Below are positions 19,387-27,425 of a DNA stretch of 43,054 nucleotides, piece after piece. Under the pieces are notes generated by a model. It was not told where the DNA came from. It saw nothing but the letters and a program-made list of their open reading frames with translations, and did not search any database. Source of the stretch: a virus (taxonomy: Duplodnaviria > Caudoviricetes). Where the stretch lies: positions 1 to 43,054 of the IMG/VR virus record IMGVR_UViG_3300020582_000014; one strand, 5' to 3'. Positions within the stretch are counted from its first letter, which is position 1; every line of letters begins with the position of its first letter. Made by a program: the position numbers and the translations under genes.

Positions 19387-19674
19387 ATGAGCGATGATAT
19401 TCTCAAGGACATCGAGCCGATCAAGGACGCCCCGATTGCGCCCGCGCACGGCATTGCTGCGGTCGCCCTGACGCTGGCGCTGAAGTATCACGACATCAAC
19501 ACGGTGCAGGACGGCGCGCTCTACCAGCAGTACAAGCTGGAGGGCCGGAACATGACCGCGTTCCACCTCGACCACGTGTTCGAGACCGCGATCAGGATGG
19601 AAGCCTTCCTGCTCGGCTCCAGCGAGCGGATCGCCAAACTGATTGTCGATGTGATCGATGAGCCGCCCGCATGA
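19387..19674 (+). CDS. Hypothetical protein
   Basis: GAGG RBS; phage-like codon use. Confidence 0.65.
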   Translation: MSDDILKDIEPIKDAPIAPAHGIAAVALTLALKYHDINTVQDGALYQQYKLEGRNMTAFHLDHVFETAIRMEAFLLGSSERIAKLIVDVIDEPPA

Positions 19675-19760
19675 CGCCCAAAAACCTGATGCGGCTCGCT
19701 GTCGCGTTCTACGTGCTCAACATGCTCGGCATCGTTGCCGTGTTGATGGCCACCCGATAA
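19671..19760 (+). CDS. 29-aa single-pass membrane peptide
   Basis: MTPKNLMRLAVAFYVLNMLGIVAVLMATR; ATGA overlap with previous gene. Confidence 0.45.
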   Translation: MTPKNLMRLAVAFYVLNMLGIVAVLMATR

Positions 19761-19819
19761 TCAGCACCCCCGGCAGATTGACGGCGGCGGCGGTGGATAA
19801 GGCGGCAGCGGCTCGGTGG

Positions 19820-20056
19820 CTATCGGTGGGGAAAGCCGAAGGTGCCGCCTCCTAGGCACGAAAGCAATCCGAAGACGATGTAGACCAGCGCGATGGCGAC
19901 GACGGCCCACAGCAGGATCAGCAGTATCTGACCGATGATCGGCATCCCGGTCAGCGACGTGATGAACGGGATCACCAGCTTGATCACGGCGATGATGGCG
20001 CCGACGATGATCAGCCAGACGATGAGTTGTTCGATCCACTGCAGCGAGAAGCACAT
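19820..20056 (-). CDS. Two-TM membrane protein, holin candidate
   Basis: Two long hydrophobic helices; GAGGTG RBS; late strand. Confidence 0.6.
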   Translation of the reverse strand: MCFSLQWIEQLIVWLIIVGAIIAVIKLVIPFITSLTGMPIIGQILLILLWAVVAIALVYIVFGLLSCLGGGTFGFPHR

Positions 20057-20067
20057 AGGGTCACCTC

Positions 20068-20280
20068 ATGATTGAAATTCTCGCCGCGATCCGCTCGGAG
20101 AAGCCAAAATTCACCGCAGGCGTCGTGCTGTGGGACGACGTCGTGATCGAGGCCGCGCCCATCGTCGGCTACATGAAGAAGCAGCGGTGGACGCGCACGC
20201 GGGTGCGCGACTATTGCCGCGAGAGAGGCTGGAGCATTTCCGTGGTCTACGAGCAGAGGCGCGAGGGCCGTCAGCCTTGA
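20068..20280 (+). CDS. Hypothetical protein
   Basis: FTAGVVL...AAPIVGYM..W. Confidence 0.6.
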   Translation: MIEILAAIRSEKPKFTAGVVLWDDVVIEAAPIVGYMKKQRWTRTRVRDYCRERGWSISVVYEQRREGRQP

Positions 20281-20335
20281 ACGGCGGTTATGGACATCAC
20301 TCCCACCGCCGGGGCCGCAGGCTGACTTTCTGGGA

Positions 20336-20680
20336 TCAAGCGACCCCCTCGCTGGCCGCCTGAAGGTAGCCCCCGGCGGTTGTCTTCTTGGCGCGGTGCT
20401 TGCGGACCCGCTCGGCTGTCGTCATCGGCGGCTTGGTCTTCAACGCCAGTTCACGCTTGAGCATCGCGATCTCGACCCGCAGTCGCTCACAGCAGGCGCA
20501 CGTAACGACCGGCGTTACAGTAACGGGCTTCGTTACAAGTGCACGGGGCTCGGGCGGCGCGAAGGTGTTGCCGGTGCCGGGGCAAATGCGATCCCAGTGC
20601 TTGGTGCCGCAGGTCCGGCAGAGTGGCGCATCCATTGGGAGTGTTCCCGAAGTGTTGGGAGGGTGCGGGAATGTGATCAT
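20336..20680 (-). CDS. Hypothetical Zn-finger/basic-tail protein (start uncertain)
   Basis: CRTCGTKHW..C, CACC, MTTAERVRKHRAKK. Confidence 0.55.
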   Translation of the reverse strand: MITFPHPPNTSGTLPMDAPLCRTCGTKHWDRICPGTGNTFAPPEPRALVTKPVTVTPVVTCACCERLRVEIAMLKRELALKTKPPMTTAERVRKHRAKKTTAGGYLQAASEGVA

Positions 20681-20847
20681 GTAACCGGTACAGACCCTTA
20701 CCCCCCTATTTCAATCCCGACATACCACCCGGTAGGCTCCCCCACCCCTACTAAAGTAGTACCTTCAAGGCCGCGGGTGGGATAGTGTCGCAATATCAAT
20801 GAGATAGAGCGGCGATCGTGAGCGTGGTGTGCTAGGCAAACGGACGT

Positions 20848-21123
20848 TTACTTGTCACAGTGCTCGATGGTCTCGACGGTCTTCATCGGCAATTCGTGAG
20901 GCTTTTCAATGATCTGGCGGATGACCACACGGATCGGCCCTCCATCCTCGTCACCTGCAACCACAGATGGTGCTTTGCCCCATCCACGGTTCAAAAGTTC
21001 TGACGCTGCGTTGACGCGCGCATTCTCGTTCTTCCCATTAGCCGCGACATCCGCCAGCGTTCGGATCGCCATGGTGGTGTGAGCGCGACAAAGTGATCGG
21101 ATTTCCGTTGGAGGCATAGGCAT
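20848..21123 (-). CDS. terS: Terminase small subunit (probable)
   Basis: IRSLCRAHT..AIRTL...ARVNAASELLNRGWGKA...GDEDGGPI pattern; upstream of terL on the same strand. Confidence 0.7.
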   Translation of the reverse strand: MPMPPTEIRSLCRAHTTMAIRTLADVAANGKNENARVNAASELLNRGWGKAPSVVAGDEDGGPIRVVIRQIIEKPHELPMKTVETIEHCDK

Positions 21124-21143
21124 TTATGAGTGTTCCGCTCTCA

Positions 21144-21287
21144 TCACTTGCGCTGCGCGCGTCGACTGAACTTTTTCAGGCTGCTGACCCTGACGCCCTT
21201 GGTGTTTCGGAGTAGCCTTTTGGCCTGCGCTTGCAGCGATTTCAGCTTCGGCAACTTCACACCCTTCGGCTTCGAATGATGGATCAT
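21144..21287 (-). CDS. 47-aa very basic peptide
   Basis: MIHHSKPKGVKLPKLKS...RRAQRK; GAGG RBS; just upstream of terS. Confidence 0.45.
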   Translation of the reverse strand: MIHHSKPKGVKLPKLKSLQAQAKRLLRNTKGVRVSSLKKFSRRAQRK

Positions 21288-21377
21288 CTGGCGTGCGACC
21301 TCATAGTTGTCTTGGCGTTGGGGCTTGGCGTCATTGTCGGCGCGTTGCTGCACAAGCTCTAAGAAAGGGGCTGTCCG

Positions 21378-21659
21378 ATGTGGTGCTTGGGATGCTCCCA
21401 GACCGTCACTGGCGCCTGTGAGCGCGACGACTGCCCGATCAGGCTGGCCGCTCAAGCCGAACGCATGGAAGAGGCCCTGCAGCGCATCGTGGCATGGTCC
21501 GAAGCCTACCCGCCCAGTGTTTTCCCTGAACCCGATCTCAAGCGCGCCGCCGACCTGCTCAAGGCTGGCGGCATCACCCTCGACGCCGTCAGCGCTCACG
21601 CGATGCGTCATGTGGTGGAAGGGGTGGGTCAGATCGCAAAGGATGCGCTCCAGCGATAG
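21378..21659 (+). CDS. Hypothetical protein
   Basis: AAGGGG RBS; WSEAYPPSVFPEPD. Confidence 0.6.
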   Translation: MWCLGCSQTVTGACERDDCPIRLAAQAERMEEALQRIVAWSEAYPPSVFPEPDLKRAADLLKAGGITLDAVSAHAMRHVVEGVGQIAKDALQR

Positions 21660-21784
21660 GCCGCTCGCTGAACAGCGCATTGCACTTGCAACACCGCAAC
21701 CAGTCGATGGGCTCGTTGTTGGCGTCAATTCCCTTCAAATATGGCCATTTCACATGGTCGGCTTTTGATCCGCATTTTGGGCAC

Positions 21785-21800
21785 TGTTTCATGTGAAACG
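21785..21800. promoter_or_regulatory. parS-like palindrome
   Basis: TGTTTCATGTGAAACG vs consensus TGTTTCACGTGAAACA (14/16). Confidence 0.45.
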
Positions 21801-21802
21801 CC

Positions 21803-21864
21803 TTGACAGGGCAAATTGCCCTGTGGTCTAAATCCCAAAGAAGGCGATTTTGCCTCAAGGGGGA
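21803..21864 (+). promoter_or_regulatory. Promoter/operator/RBS of the recombinase operon
   Basis: TTGACA, palindrome CAGGGCAA-A-TTGCCCTG, operator-like ATCCCA-AAGAA-GGCGAT, AAGGGGGAG RBS; -10 spacing not canonical. Confidence 0.55.
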
Positions 21865-21869
21865 GTTCC

Positions 21870-22148
21870 ATGGCCATCACCTACAAACAGTATTCCGACG
21901 GCAAGCGCCCGAACCTGAAGCATAGCGACGGTCTCGTGCTGGGCTGGCTGGTCGAGGACCGCGTCAGCGATCTCGAATATCGCTACGCCCTCGACAAGGC
22001 CGGTCGCGTGCTGCGCAGCGAAGCCAAGCTGGGCGCCGATGACTTCGACACCCGCCAGCGCACATGGTGGCCGGTTTCCAGCGTGCCGCCCTGCGCGCAG
22101 TTCATCGGCCACTACAATCCACCCCGCAAAATCGCAAAGGCAGGCTGA
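21870..22148 (+). CDS. Hypothetical 92-aa protein
   Basis: Strong RBS; first gene of operon. Confidence 0.7.
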   Translation: MAITYKQYSDGKRPNLKHSDGLVLGWLVEDRVSDLEYRYALDKAGRVLRSEAKLGADDFDTRQRTWWPVSSVPPCAQFIGHYNPPRKIAKAG

Positions 22149-22149
22149 C

Positions 22150-22557
22150 ATGGCTTTCAAACTGAGCAAGGCCGACGTCGAGCGCAAGGACGGCTACGTC
22201 GCCGACTTGCGCGAGGCTGAAGGCAAACTGAACGACGCGGTCTCGACCTACAACGCCGAGGTCACCACCCGACGCGCCGCTGTCGAGGCGGCGGTCGAAG
22301 CCTTCAACGAAATCTTGGGCGAAGCCGGAGGCTTTTGTGAAGACATCGCCAACGAAGCTGAGAGCCAGATCGATGACAAATCGGAACGCTGGCAGCAGAG
22401 CGAGACCGGTCAATTCGCCATCGCATGGAAAGACGCGTGGCATCAGATTTCGCTCGATCTGGAGCCCGTCGAGATCGAGTGGCCCGCCGACCTCGCCGTC
22501 GAAACTGAGCAGATGATCGCTGACCTTGAAAATCTCGAAACCGAGAAGGGTGAGTAA
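22150..22557 (+). CDS. Acidic helical protein
   Basis: About 33 D/E vs 12 K/R in 135 aa; SERWQQSETGQ motif. Confidence 0.7.
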   Translation: MAFKLSKADVERKDGYVADLREAEGKLNDAVSTYNAEVTTRRAAVEAAVEAFNEILGEAGGFCEDIANEAESQIDDKSERWQQSETGQFAIAWKDAWHQISLDLEPVEIEWPADLAVETEQMIADLENLETEKGE

Positions 22558-23201
22558 TGAAGACCGCTATCGCCTACATCCGCGTCTCTACCCAGAAGCA
22601 GGGCAAGTCTGGTCTCGGCCTTGAAGCCCAGCAGTCGGCCATCGCCGCGTTCGCCGCCAACTACGGCTACGAAGTGATCGACACCTACGTCGAGATCGAA
22701 ACCGGCAAAGGTGCGGACGCTCTCGCGACACGCCCGCAACTCGCCGCAGCTATCGCTGTTGCCCAGTTGACCGGCGCAACCATTGTCGCGTCGAAGCTCG
22801 ACCGCATCACCCGCGACGTCCACTTCGGCTCTGGGCTGTTTCCGCGCACAGACCTGTCGTTCAAAATCGCCGACATGCCGCACGCCGACAATTTCCAGAT
22901 CAACATCATGCTGTCGGTCGCGCAGTTGGAACGCGAGATGATCTCGACGCGCACCAAGGCGGCGCTTGCAGCGGCTCGTGAGCGCGGCACCAAACTGGGC
23001 TCGCCGACCATAGCCGCCGTCTTGCAGGATCGCTCTGCCGCGTTCGCTGCCAGCCTGAAGACTGTTGTCGAGCCGATGCTCGGTCAATCGTACCGCGCCA
23101 TCGCGAATGCGCTCAACGCCCAAGGCATCGCGTCGTCAACCGGCGGCACATGGTCCGCTGCCACCGCGCGACGTCTGGTCAACCGCATGGTGGCGGCGTG
23201 A
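22557..23201 (+). CDS. Small serine recombinase (resolvase family)
   Basis: AYIRVSTQKQ catalytic Ser, SKLDRITR, EREMISTRTKAAL, C-terminal HTH. Confidence 0.92.
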   Translation: MKTAIAYIRVSTQKQGKSGLGLEAQQSAIAAFAANYGYEVIDTYVEIETGKGADALATRPQLAAAIAVAQLTGATIVASKLDRITRDVHFGSGLFPRTDLSFKIADMPHADNFQINIMLSVAQLEREMISTRTKAALAAARERGTKLGSPTIAAVLQDRSAAFAASLKTVVEPMLGQSYRAIANALNAQGIASSTGGTWSAATARRLVNRMVAA

Positions 23202-23392
23202 CATCGCGTCAGTTCAACAAGGCGCTGATGCTGCTCGGCATCACGCAGATCGACTTGTCGCGCGCTATCGATGTCAACGAACGCACAATCCGCTCGTGGG
23301 TCGGTGGCCGCAGCAAAGTCCCGAACACCGTCGCGGCCCTGCTCAACTTGATGATCGACACCAAGGCCAGCCTGAAGGACATCCGCATATGA
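23198..23392 (+). CDS. Small Cro/XRE-type HTH regulator (Aca-like position)
   Basis: LGITQIDLSRAIDVNERTIRSWVGG..VP; GTGA overlap. Confidence 0.75.
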   Translation: MTSRQFNKALMLLGITQIDLSRAIDVNERTIRSWVGGRSKVPNTVAALLNLMIDTKASLKDIRI

Positions 23393-23559
23393 GCGTCTGG
23401 GGTTGGGCCTTCGTGCATCTCGTGCTGATCTATGCGGCGATCATCGTCGTCAGTTGGTACGCTCGCCTGATTTTTTCAGCCATCGCCTCGCTGTTCGGGC
23501 TCGACAAGCTGTGCGAAAAGTTGCGCAAGAAAAAACCACGACGGGCTCGCTTCCCTTGA
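23389..23559 (+). CDS. Membrane peptide with basic tail
   Basis: MSVWGWAFVHLVLIYAAIIVVSW...LRKKKPRR; ATGA overlap. Confidence 0.5.
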   Translation: MSVWGWAFVHLVLIYAAIIVVSWYARLIFSAIASLFGLDKLCEKLRKKKPRRARFP

Positions 23560-23564
23560 AAACG

Positions 23565-23603
23565 CAAAACCCCCGTCGGACGAACGGGGGTTTTGTTTTT
23601 TTT
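23565..23603 (+). terminator. Rho-independent (probably bidirectional) terminator
   Basis: CAAAACCCCCGT / ACGGGGGTTTTG stem followed by T8. Confidence 0.85.
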
Positions 23604-23702
23604 GGGTCTAGCGGGGGCCATGAAGAACCAAAAAACGTAGGTGGCCTTCCGTGGGGGCACGTCGACCACCTTACACAAAACTGCTCCCAAAACGACCCGC
23701 TG

Positions 23703-24197
23703 TCAACGATCCGCCTCTTTCCAAAATTGAGCGAGCCGATATCCGGCATCGGAAAGTATCTCGTAGGCGGCGATGCGCCCGTGCGCCGCGCTGCGGTAGC
23801 CCAGTCGCGCTGCGATCTCGATGATTGGGAACTCAAAACAGGCCACGCCGTCGGCGACCAGCGCGGGGCGCCTGCCGATGTGGGCTCTGGCGCGGTGGTA
23901 GAGCGAGCGGTGATCCGCCTGCGCTTCGGATTTGGCGAGCCCCGACATCGAAGCCGGGTTGAATGCCAAGATGCGATTGAGATCGACACTCTGAAGGGCG
24001 CTCAGGAGCCCGCCGGAAGCCCAGTGATAGGCGTAGCGGCCAAGCGCCGAGTATTCCGCCGCCGTGATCCGGTGACGCAGCCACGCCCTTCCTAAAGGAT
24101 CGTCGTACATCGTGATGCGGCGGGAGGACTTCGACCGCCCGCTCATGTTGAGGAAGCCTTCAGCGTGAGCGAGCCGCTCGTTGGTCGGTCCATCCAT
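23703..24197 (-). CDS. Putative late-transcription regulator (DUF6456/GafA-C or Q-like)
   Basis: DDPLGRAW.R.RITAAEYSA..RY; C-terminal HTH; Q-like position between replication and packaging genes. Confidence 0.55.
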   Translation of the reverse strand: MDGPTNERLAHAEGFLNMSGRSKSSRRITMYDDPLGRAWLRHRITAAEYSALGRYAYHWASGGLLSALQSVDLNRILAFNPASMSGLAKSEAQADHRSLYHRARAHIGRRPALVADGVACFEFPIIEIAARLGYRSAAHGRIAAYEILSDAGYRLAQFWKEADR

Positions 24198-24280
24198 CGC
24201 GCTGCTCCCAATGGCTGAGATCAGCGTGAACCTGCTGCGGCGGTGCGTCAAGCACCACACCGGACAGCCCTGCTTCGTTG

Positions 24281-24421
24281 TTGCGAATGCATGTGCATCA
24301 GGCTGCATCGCTGTCTCTAACAGCGTAAAAGGTAGTAGTTATAATTATAGTTATAGTTAGCATTCCAACTGCATTGCAGACGCACATGCACCTGCATTGC
24401 TGATGCATCGAAATTGTTGAA
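24281..24421. other. Putative replication origin
   Basis: Clustered TGCAT repeats flanking an AT-rich GTTATA/ATTATA repeat tract, right after the initiator gene. Confidence 0.6.
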
Positions 24422-24772
24422 TTATTTCACAGGATGACGGCTGCGCTGCTTCGCCCACCGCTGCATTGCAGCTTGAGACTTTTTCTTTCGAAGGTCTTGG
24501 ACCCGGAGCCACGTGTCGGTCAGGCGTTTTTGCGAGATGGTTCCACCGATCCGCGTCATTGGCCGCAACACTTTTTGCTTCATCTTCAGCCAGCGTGTCA
24601 GCGGCAGACCGACGATGGCCGCCAGTTCGCCATCGTCATCGACCACGCGCCCGCCATGCAGCCACATCGAAAACAGCAATCGGCAGTAGGCGCCGAATTC
24701 TTCTGTTGATAGGTGGGTCGTGTCCGCGAGCAGCGCGTCCACCTTGATCGGAAGGAAGGGAAGCTCTGCCAT
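24422..24772 (-). CDS. DUF1376/YdaU-family replication initiator (short, possibly truncated)
   Basis: LADTTHLSTEEFGAYCRLL..W, DDDGELAAI, QKRL, AAMQRW. Confidence 0.85.
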   Translation of the reverse strand: MAELPFLPIKVDALLADTTHLSTEEFGAYCRLLFSMWLHGGRVVDDDGELAAIVGLPLTRWLKMKQKVLRPMTRIGGTISQKRLTDTWLRVQDLRKKKSQAAMQRWAKQRSRHPVK

Positions 24773-24776
24773 CGGG

Positions 24777-25178
24777 TCACTCCAGAATGTCGGAGAGCCG
24801 GATCACCGCGAGCGTCTGCTGGCCGCCGTCACCGCTGTGCTCGCGAATGTTGCCCCGAAGACGCGCGAGGGTGACAAGATCGCGCAGCCGCTTGATCGGA
24901 AACATGATGTAGGCGAGCGTCTCGCCGTCGCGCATGACGTTGTGAACCCACAAGTCAGCTTCGGTGACGCTCAGACCGGAAGGCTGGCCCCGGCTCGCCA
25001 GTTCAATCGCGATCCTGCCGGTGCGCTCCCACAGCCAGCTTTCCGACTTGACCTCGATCTTGACGACATTGCCGTAGCCCAACAACCACGCCAGCTTGCG
25101 CTCCTCGATCAGTCCAGCCTTCAACTGGATGTCGAATTTTTTGCCGCCGTCGAACCTGATGCGGTCATCGAACTTCAT
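24777..25178 (-). CDS. PD-(D/E)XK-like nuclease
   Basis: FDIQL..G..EE, IEVKSE, TGRIAIE, PSGL..TEADLW. Confidence 0.6.
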   Translation of the reverse strand: MKFDDRIRFDGGKKFDIQLKAGLIEERKLAWLLGYGNVVKIEVKSESWLWERTGRIAIELASRGQPSGLSVTEADLWVHNVMRDGETLAYIMFPIKRLRDLVTLARLRGNIREHSGDGGQQTLAVIRLSDILE

Positions 25179-25375
25179 ACGTTCTCCACGATCCGCAGCC
25201 AGGAATATTTCCTGACCTTCGATGTTTTGCCGCCCTTGTGGATCGAGTGCTGCACCTTCAGTGTCTTCTGGATCAGGCCGTCGAGCACGGCTTGCGGATT
25301 GGCGTTGACCTGTACGATCTCGACGTCATGGTCGGAGCCGTACTCGCGGCCCCAGATCGAATACCGCTGCTTCAT
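25175..25375 (-). CDS. Hypothetical protein
   Basis: 66 aa; coupled to next gene. Confidence 0.55.
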   Translation of the reverse strand: MKQRYSIWGREYGSDHDVEIVQVNANPQAVLDGLIQKTLKVQHSIHKGGKTSKVRKYSWLRIVENV

Positions 25376-25379
25376 GCGA

Positions 25380-25727
25380 TCACCACGGGGTTCGAGGATG
25401 CCAGATGCGATGCATCGCGTTGCCGCGACCGACCACACGCGACTTCCATTTCCAGCGCCGCAAAATCTGAGCGAGATCGTGGAACGGCTCGACCACCACC
25501 GGCACCATGCCCTCGCGCTGGATCGCCTTGATCAGCCGACGCAACGCGCCTTCGCCGGGATGCTTGGCGACAATGGCGACGAGCCGCACCCGAAAATCGT
25601 TGGTCGACACGATGCTGTCCTCGTCCCAGTCCTCGACCGGCAGCCACGGCGCCTCGCCGACGCGCACGATGCGGTACCCAGCCTGCACCTCATGACGAAC
25701 CAGCCACGCCGCACCGGCAAAATTCAC
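25380..25727 (-). CDS. Hypothetical protein, possibly GNAT-like
   Basis: GTGA overlap; AKHPGEGALRRLI resembles GNAT motif A. Confidence 0.45.
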   Translation of the reverse strand: MNFAGAAWLVRHEVQAGYRIVRVGEAPWLPVEDWDEDSIVSTNDFRVRLVAIVAKHPGEGALRRLIKAIQREGMVPVVVEPFHDLAQILRRWKWKSRVVGRGNAMHRIWHPRTPW

Positions 25728-26014
25728 GGGCGCCTCCCATAGTGGATTGCGACGGCCATCGGGCTGATGCCGTAGCTGGCCCAGAATTCGCCTTCGCCCA
25801 TCGAATGCAGTTCGCGATGATGGCGCCCGCACAACGCGACGGCCCATTTGTCGGACGCCTTCTGCGCCATGCCGGGACCGCCGTCGCCGACCACGCTGAC
25901 GCGCGGATGATGTGCCTCGACGGTCGTCGGCTCGCCGCAGACGCAGCAGGGATGTTCGCGCACGAAGTCGAGATGCACCTCATCCGGCTCGCGCGGTTTT
26001 TTCTGTTCGACCAT
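25724..26014 (-). CDS. DUF968/Ref-like HNH-type nuclease
   Basis: PCCVCG, EAHH, GMAQKASD, LCGRHHRELH. Confidence 0.8.
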   Translation of the reverse strand: MVEQKKPREPDEVHLDFVREHPCCVCGEPTTVEAHHPRVSVVGDGGPGMAQKASDKWAVALCGRHHRELHSMGEGEFWASYGISPMAVAIHYGRRP

Positions 26015-26144
26015 GGTCGGCCCCGTCGAGGTGCGCTTTGCAGATGCTGCGGATCAACTCCGTCACGGGGGTGTGCTTCAGTCGCGCCAGCAGCAGCAGT
26101 TGCTCGTAATCGTGTCTGTCGAACCTGACGTTGATCTGGCTCAT
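25980..26144 (-). CDS. Ribbon-helix-helix protein
   Basis: QINVRF alternating strand plus two helices. Confidence 0.6.
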   Translation of the reverse strand: MSQINVRFDRHDYEQLLLLARLKHTPVTELIRSICKAHLDGADHGRTEKTARAG

Positions 26145-26626
26145 CGGCTTTCCTTCAGCTTCCACGCCTGAAACGCGAAATCGATGGCGTACCAAGCGCG
26201 CCGCTGTTCGGAGAAACCGGGCTTGCTGAGATCGGCGCGCGAGATCACCTGACACATCGAGCGCACGAAGCCCGCAGCCTCATCCTCGTTGGCGCAGCGG
26301 TGGTGAACACCCTTGAAACCCTCGTCCTCGATCCACGCCCAGAACACCGGATCGTGGCAACGGATACCCGCCTGCTTCGCCGGTCCCAGCGCGCGCCACT
26401 TGTCGCGCTCCTGCGCCACGTAATCGACCGGCTCCTCGTCGTCGTTGATCTCGACCAGCACGCAGGCGAAGCGGGCGCCCATCGCGGCGTTGGTGATGCG
26501 CTGATGCATGTCGATGGCCTGCACGGTGAGGCGTAGCACCCAGTCGCCGCTCTGGCGCTGCTGCAGCCCGTCCTTCTTGCATTCGAACTGCACGGCATTA
26601 TTGCGGGCGCTCTCGGCGATGCTCAT
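26141..26626 (-). CDS. Conserved hypothetical phage protein
   Basis: QAGIRCHDPVFW, CQVISRADL. Confidence 0.7.
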   Translation of the reverse strand: MSIAESARNNAVQFECKKDGLQQRQSGDWVLRLTVQAIDMHQRITNAAMGARFACVLVEINDDEEPVDYVAQERDKWRALGPAKQAGIRCHDPVFWAWIEDEGFKGVHHRCANEDEAAGFVRSMCQVISRADLSKPGFSEQRRAWYAIDFAFQAWKLKESR

Positions 26627-26789
26627 GGTCGTCCTCGAACATATCCAGTTGCGTGATGCCGGTCGGCTGGCGTTTGGCGGGCTTTTTCTCGAGCCGGGTG
26701 CCAGCGATTTCGAAACGCTCGCCGTCGATCACGAGCGTGCCGACCACATGGTGGTCGGAGAAGTGCAGCGTGGCGGAGAGCGTCTTCAT
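26598..26789 (-). CDS. Hypothetical protein
   Basis: 63 aa, coupled; contains QLDMF (beta-clamp-binding-like). Confidence 0.5.
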   Translation of the reverse strand: MKTLSATLHFSDHHVVGTLVIDGERFEIAGTRLEKKPAKRQPTGITQLDMFEDDHEHRRERPQ

Positions 26790-27424
26790 GCCTTGGCCTG
26801 CTGCAGCAAGTGCTTGCGCATTTGAACCGGCATGCGATCAATCAGTGTCATGTTGGCGCGGACGAATTCGTCTCGCGCCTCCGGCGGCATCCGCTTGAGG
26901 TCGGCAAGCAGCAGGCGATACGCCATCGCGCCGGTCTCGTCGCCCCACCCCGCCTTGCGCGCATACTCTTCATGCAGCGTGCGCAATCTGGCGTGGTCGG
27001 CCTCGCGGATGTTCTTGCGCTCATCCAGTTCGAGCCACGGCGCCTTGACCTCGTAGAGATATCTGCCGATGCCCCAGCGAACCGCCGCGCGCTTGAACGC
27101 GTCGGACAGCGCGCCCTTGTCGGCCTCCATGTCGGTGGCTCCGGCGCCGTCGGCTTTCCAGAGCCAGTCGCCTGCGAGCCTGATCCCGATGTTGCAGACG
27201 ATGCTGGAGCCGACGCCCGCCGAATAGGAGCATTGCCAGCCGTCTGCGCCGCAGACGCTGTCGAGCCGATCCATCACGGTGCGCGCATCGACATAGCAAA
27301 GCGGCTGTCCGCGAAATGGGTCGTCGGGCTTCTTGCGTTTCTCGTTGGTCGGGCCGACGCGCCACGACACCTCCTCGATGGGGAACGGCTCGCACAGCGA
27401 GGTAAAGAGGTCCATCGTGTCCAT
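26786..27424 (-). CDS. sak: Rad52/Rad22-like single-strand annealing protein (Sak)
   Basis: YVDARTVMDRLD, KGALSDAFKRAAVRWGIGRYLY. Confidence 0.9.
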   Translation of the reverse strand: MDTMDLFTSLCEPFPIEEVSWRVGPTNEKRKKPDDPFRGQPLCYVDARTVMDRLDSVCGADGWQCSYSAGVGSSIVCNIGIRLAGDWLWKADGAGATDMEADKGALSDAFKRAAVRWGIGRYLYEVKAPWLELDERKNIREADHARLRTLHEEYARKAGWGDETGAMAYRLLLADLKRMPPEARDEFVRANMTLIDRMPVQMRKHLLQQAKA

Positions 27425-27425
27425 G

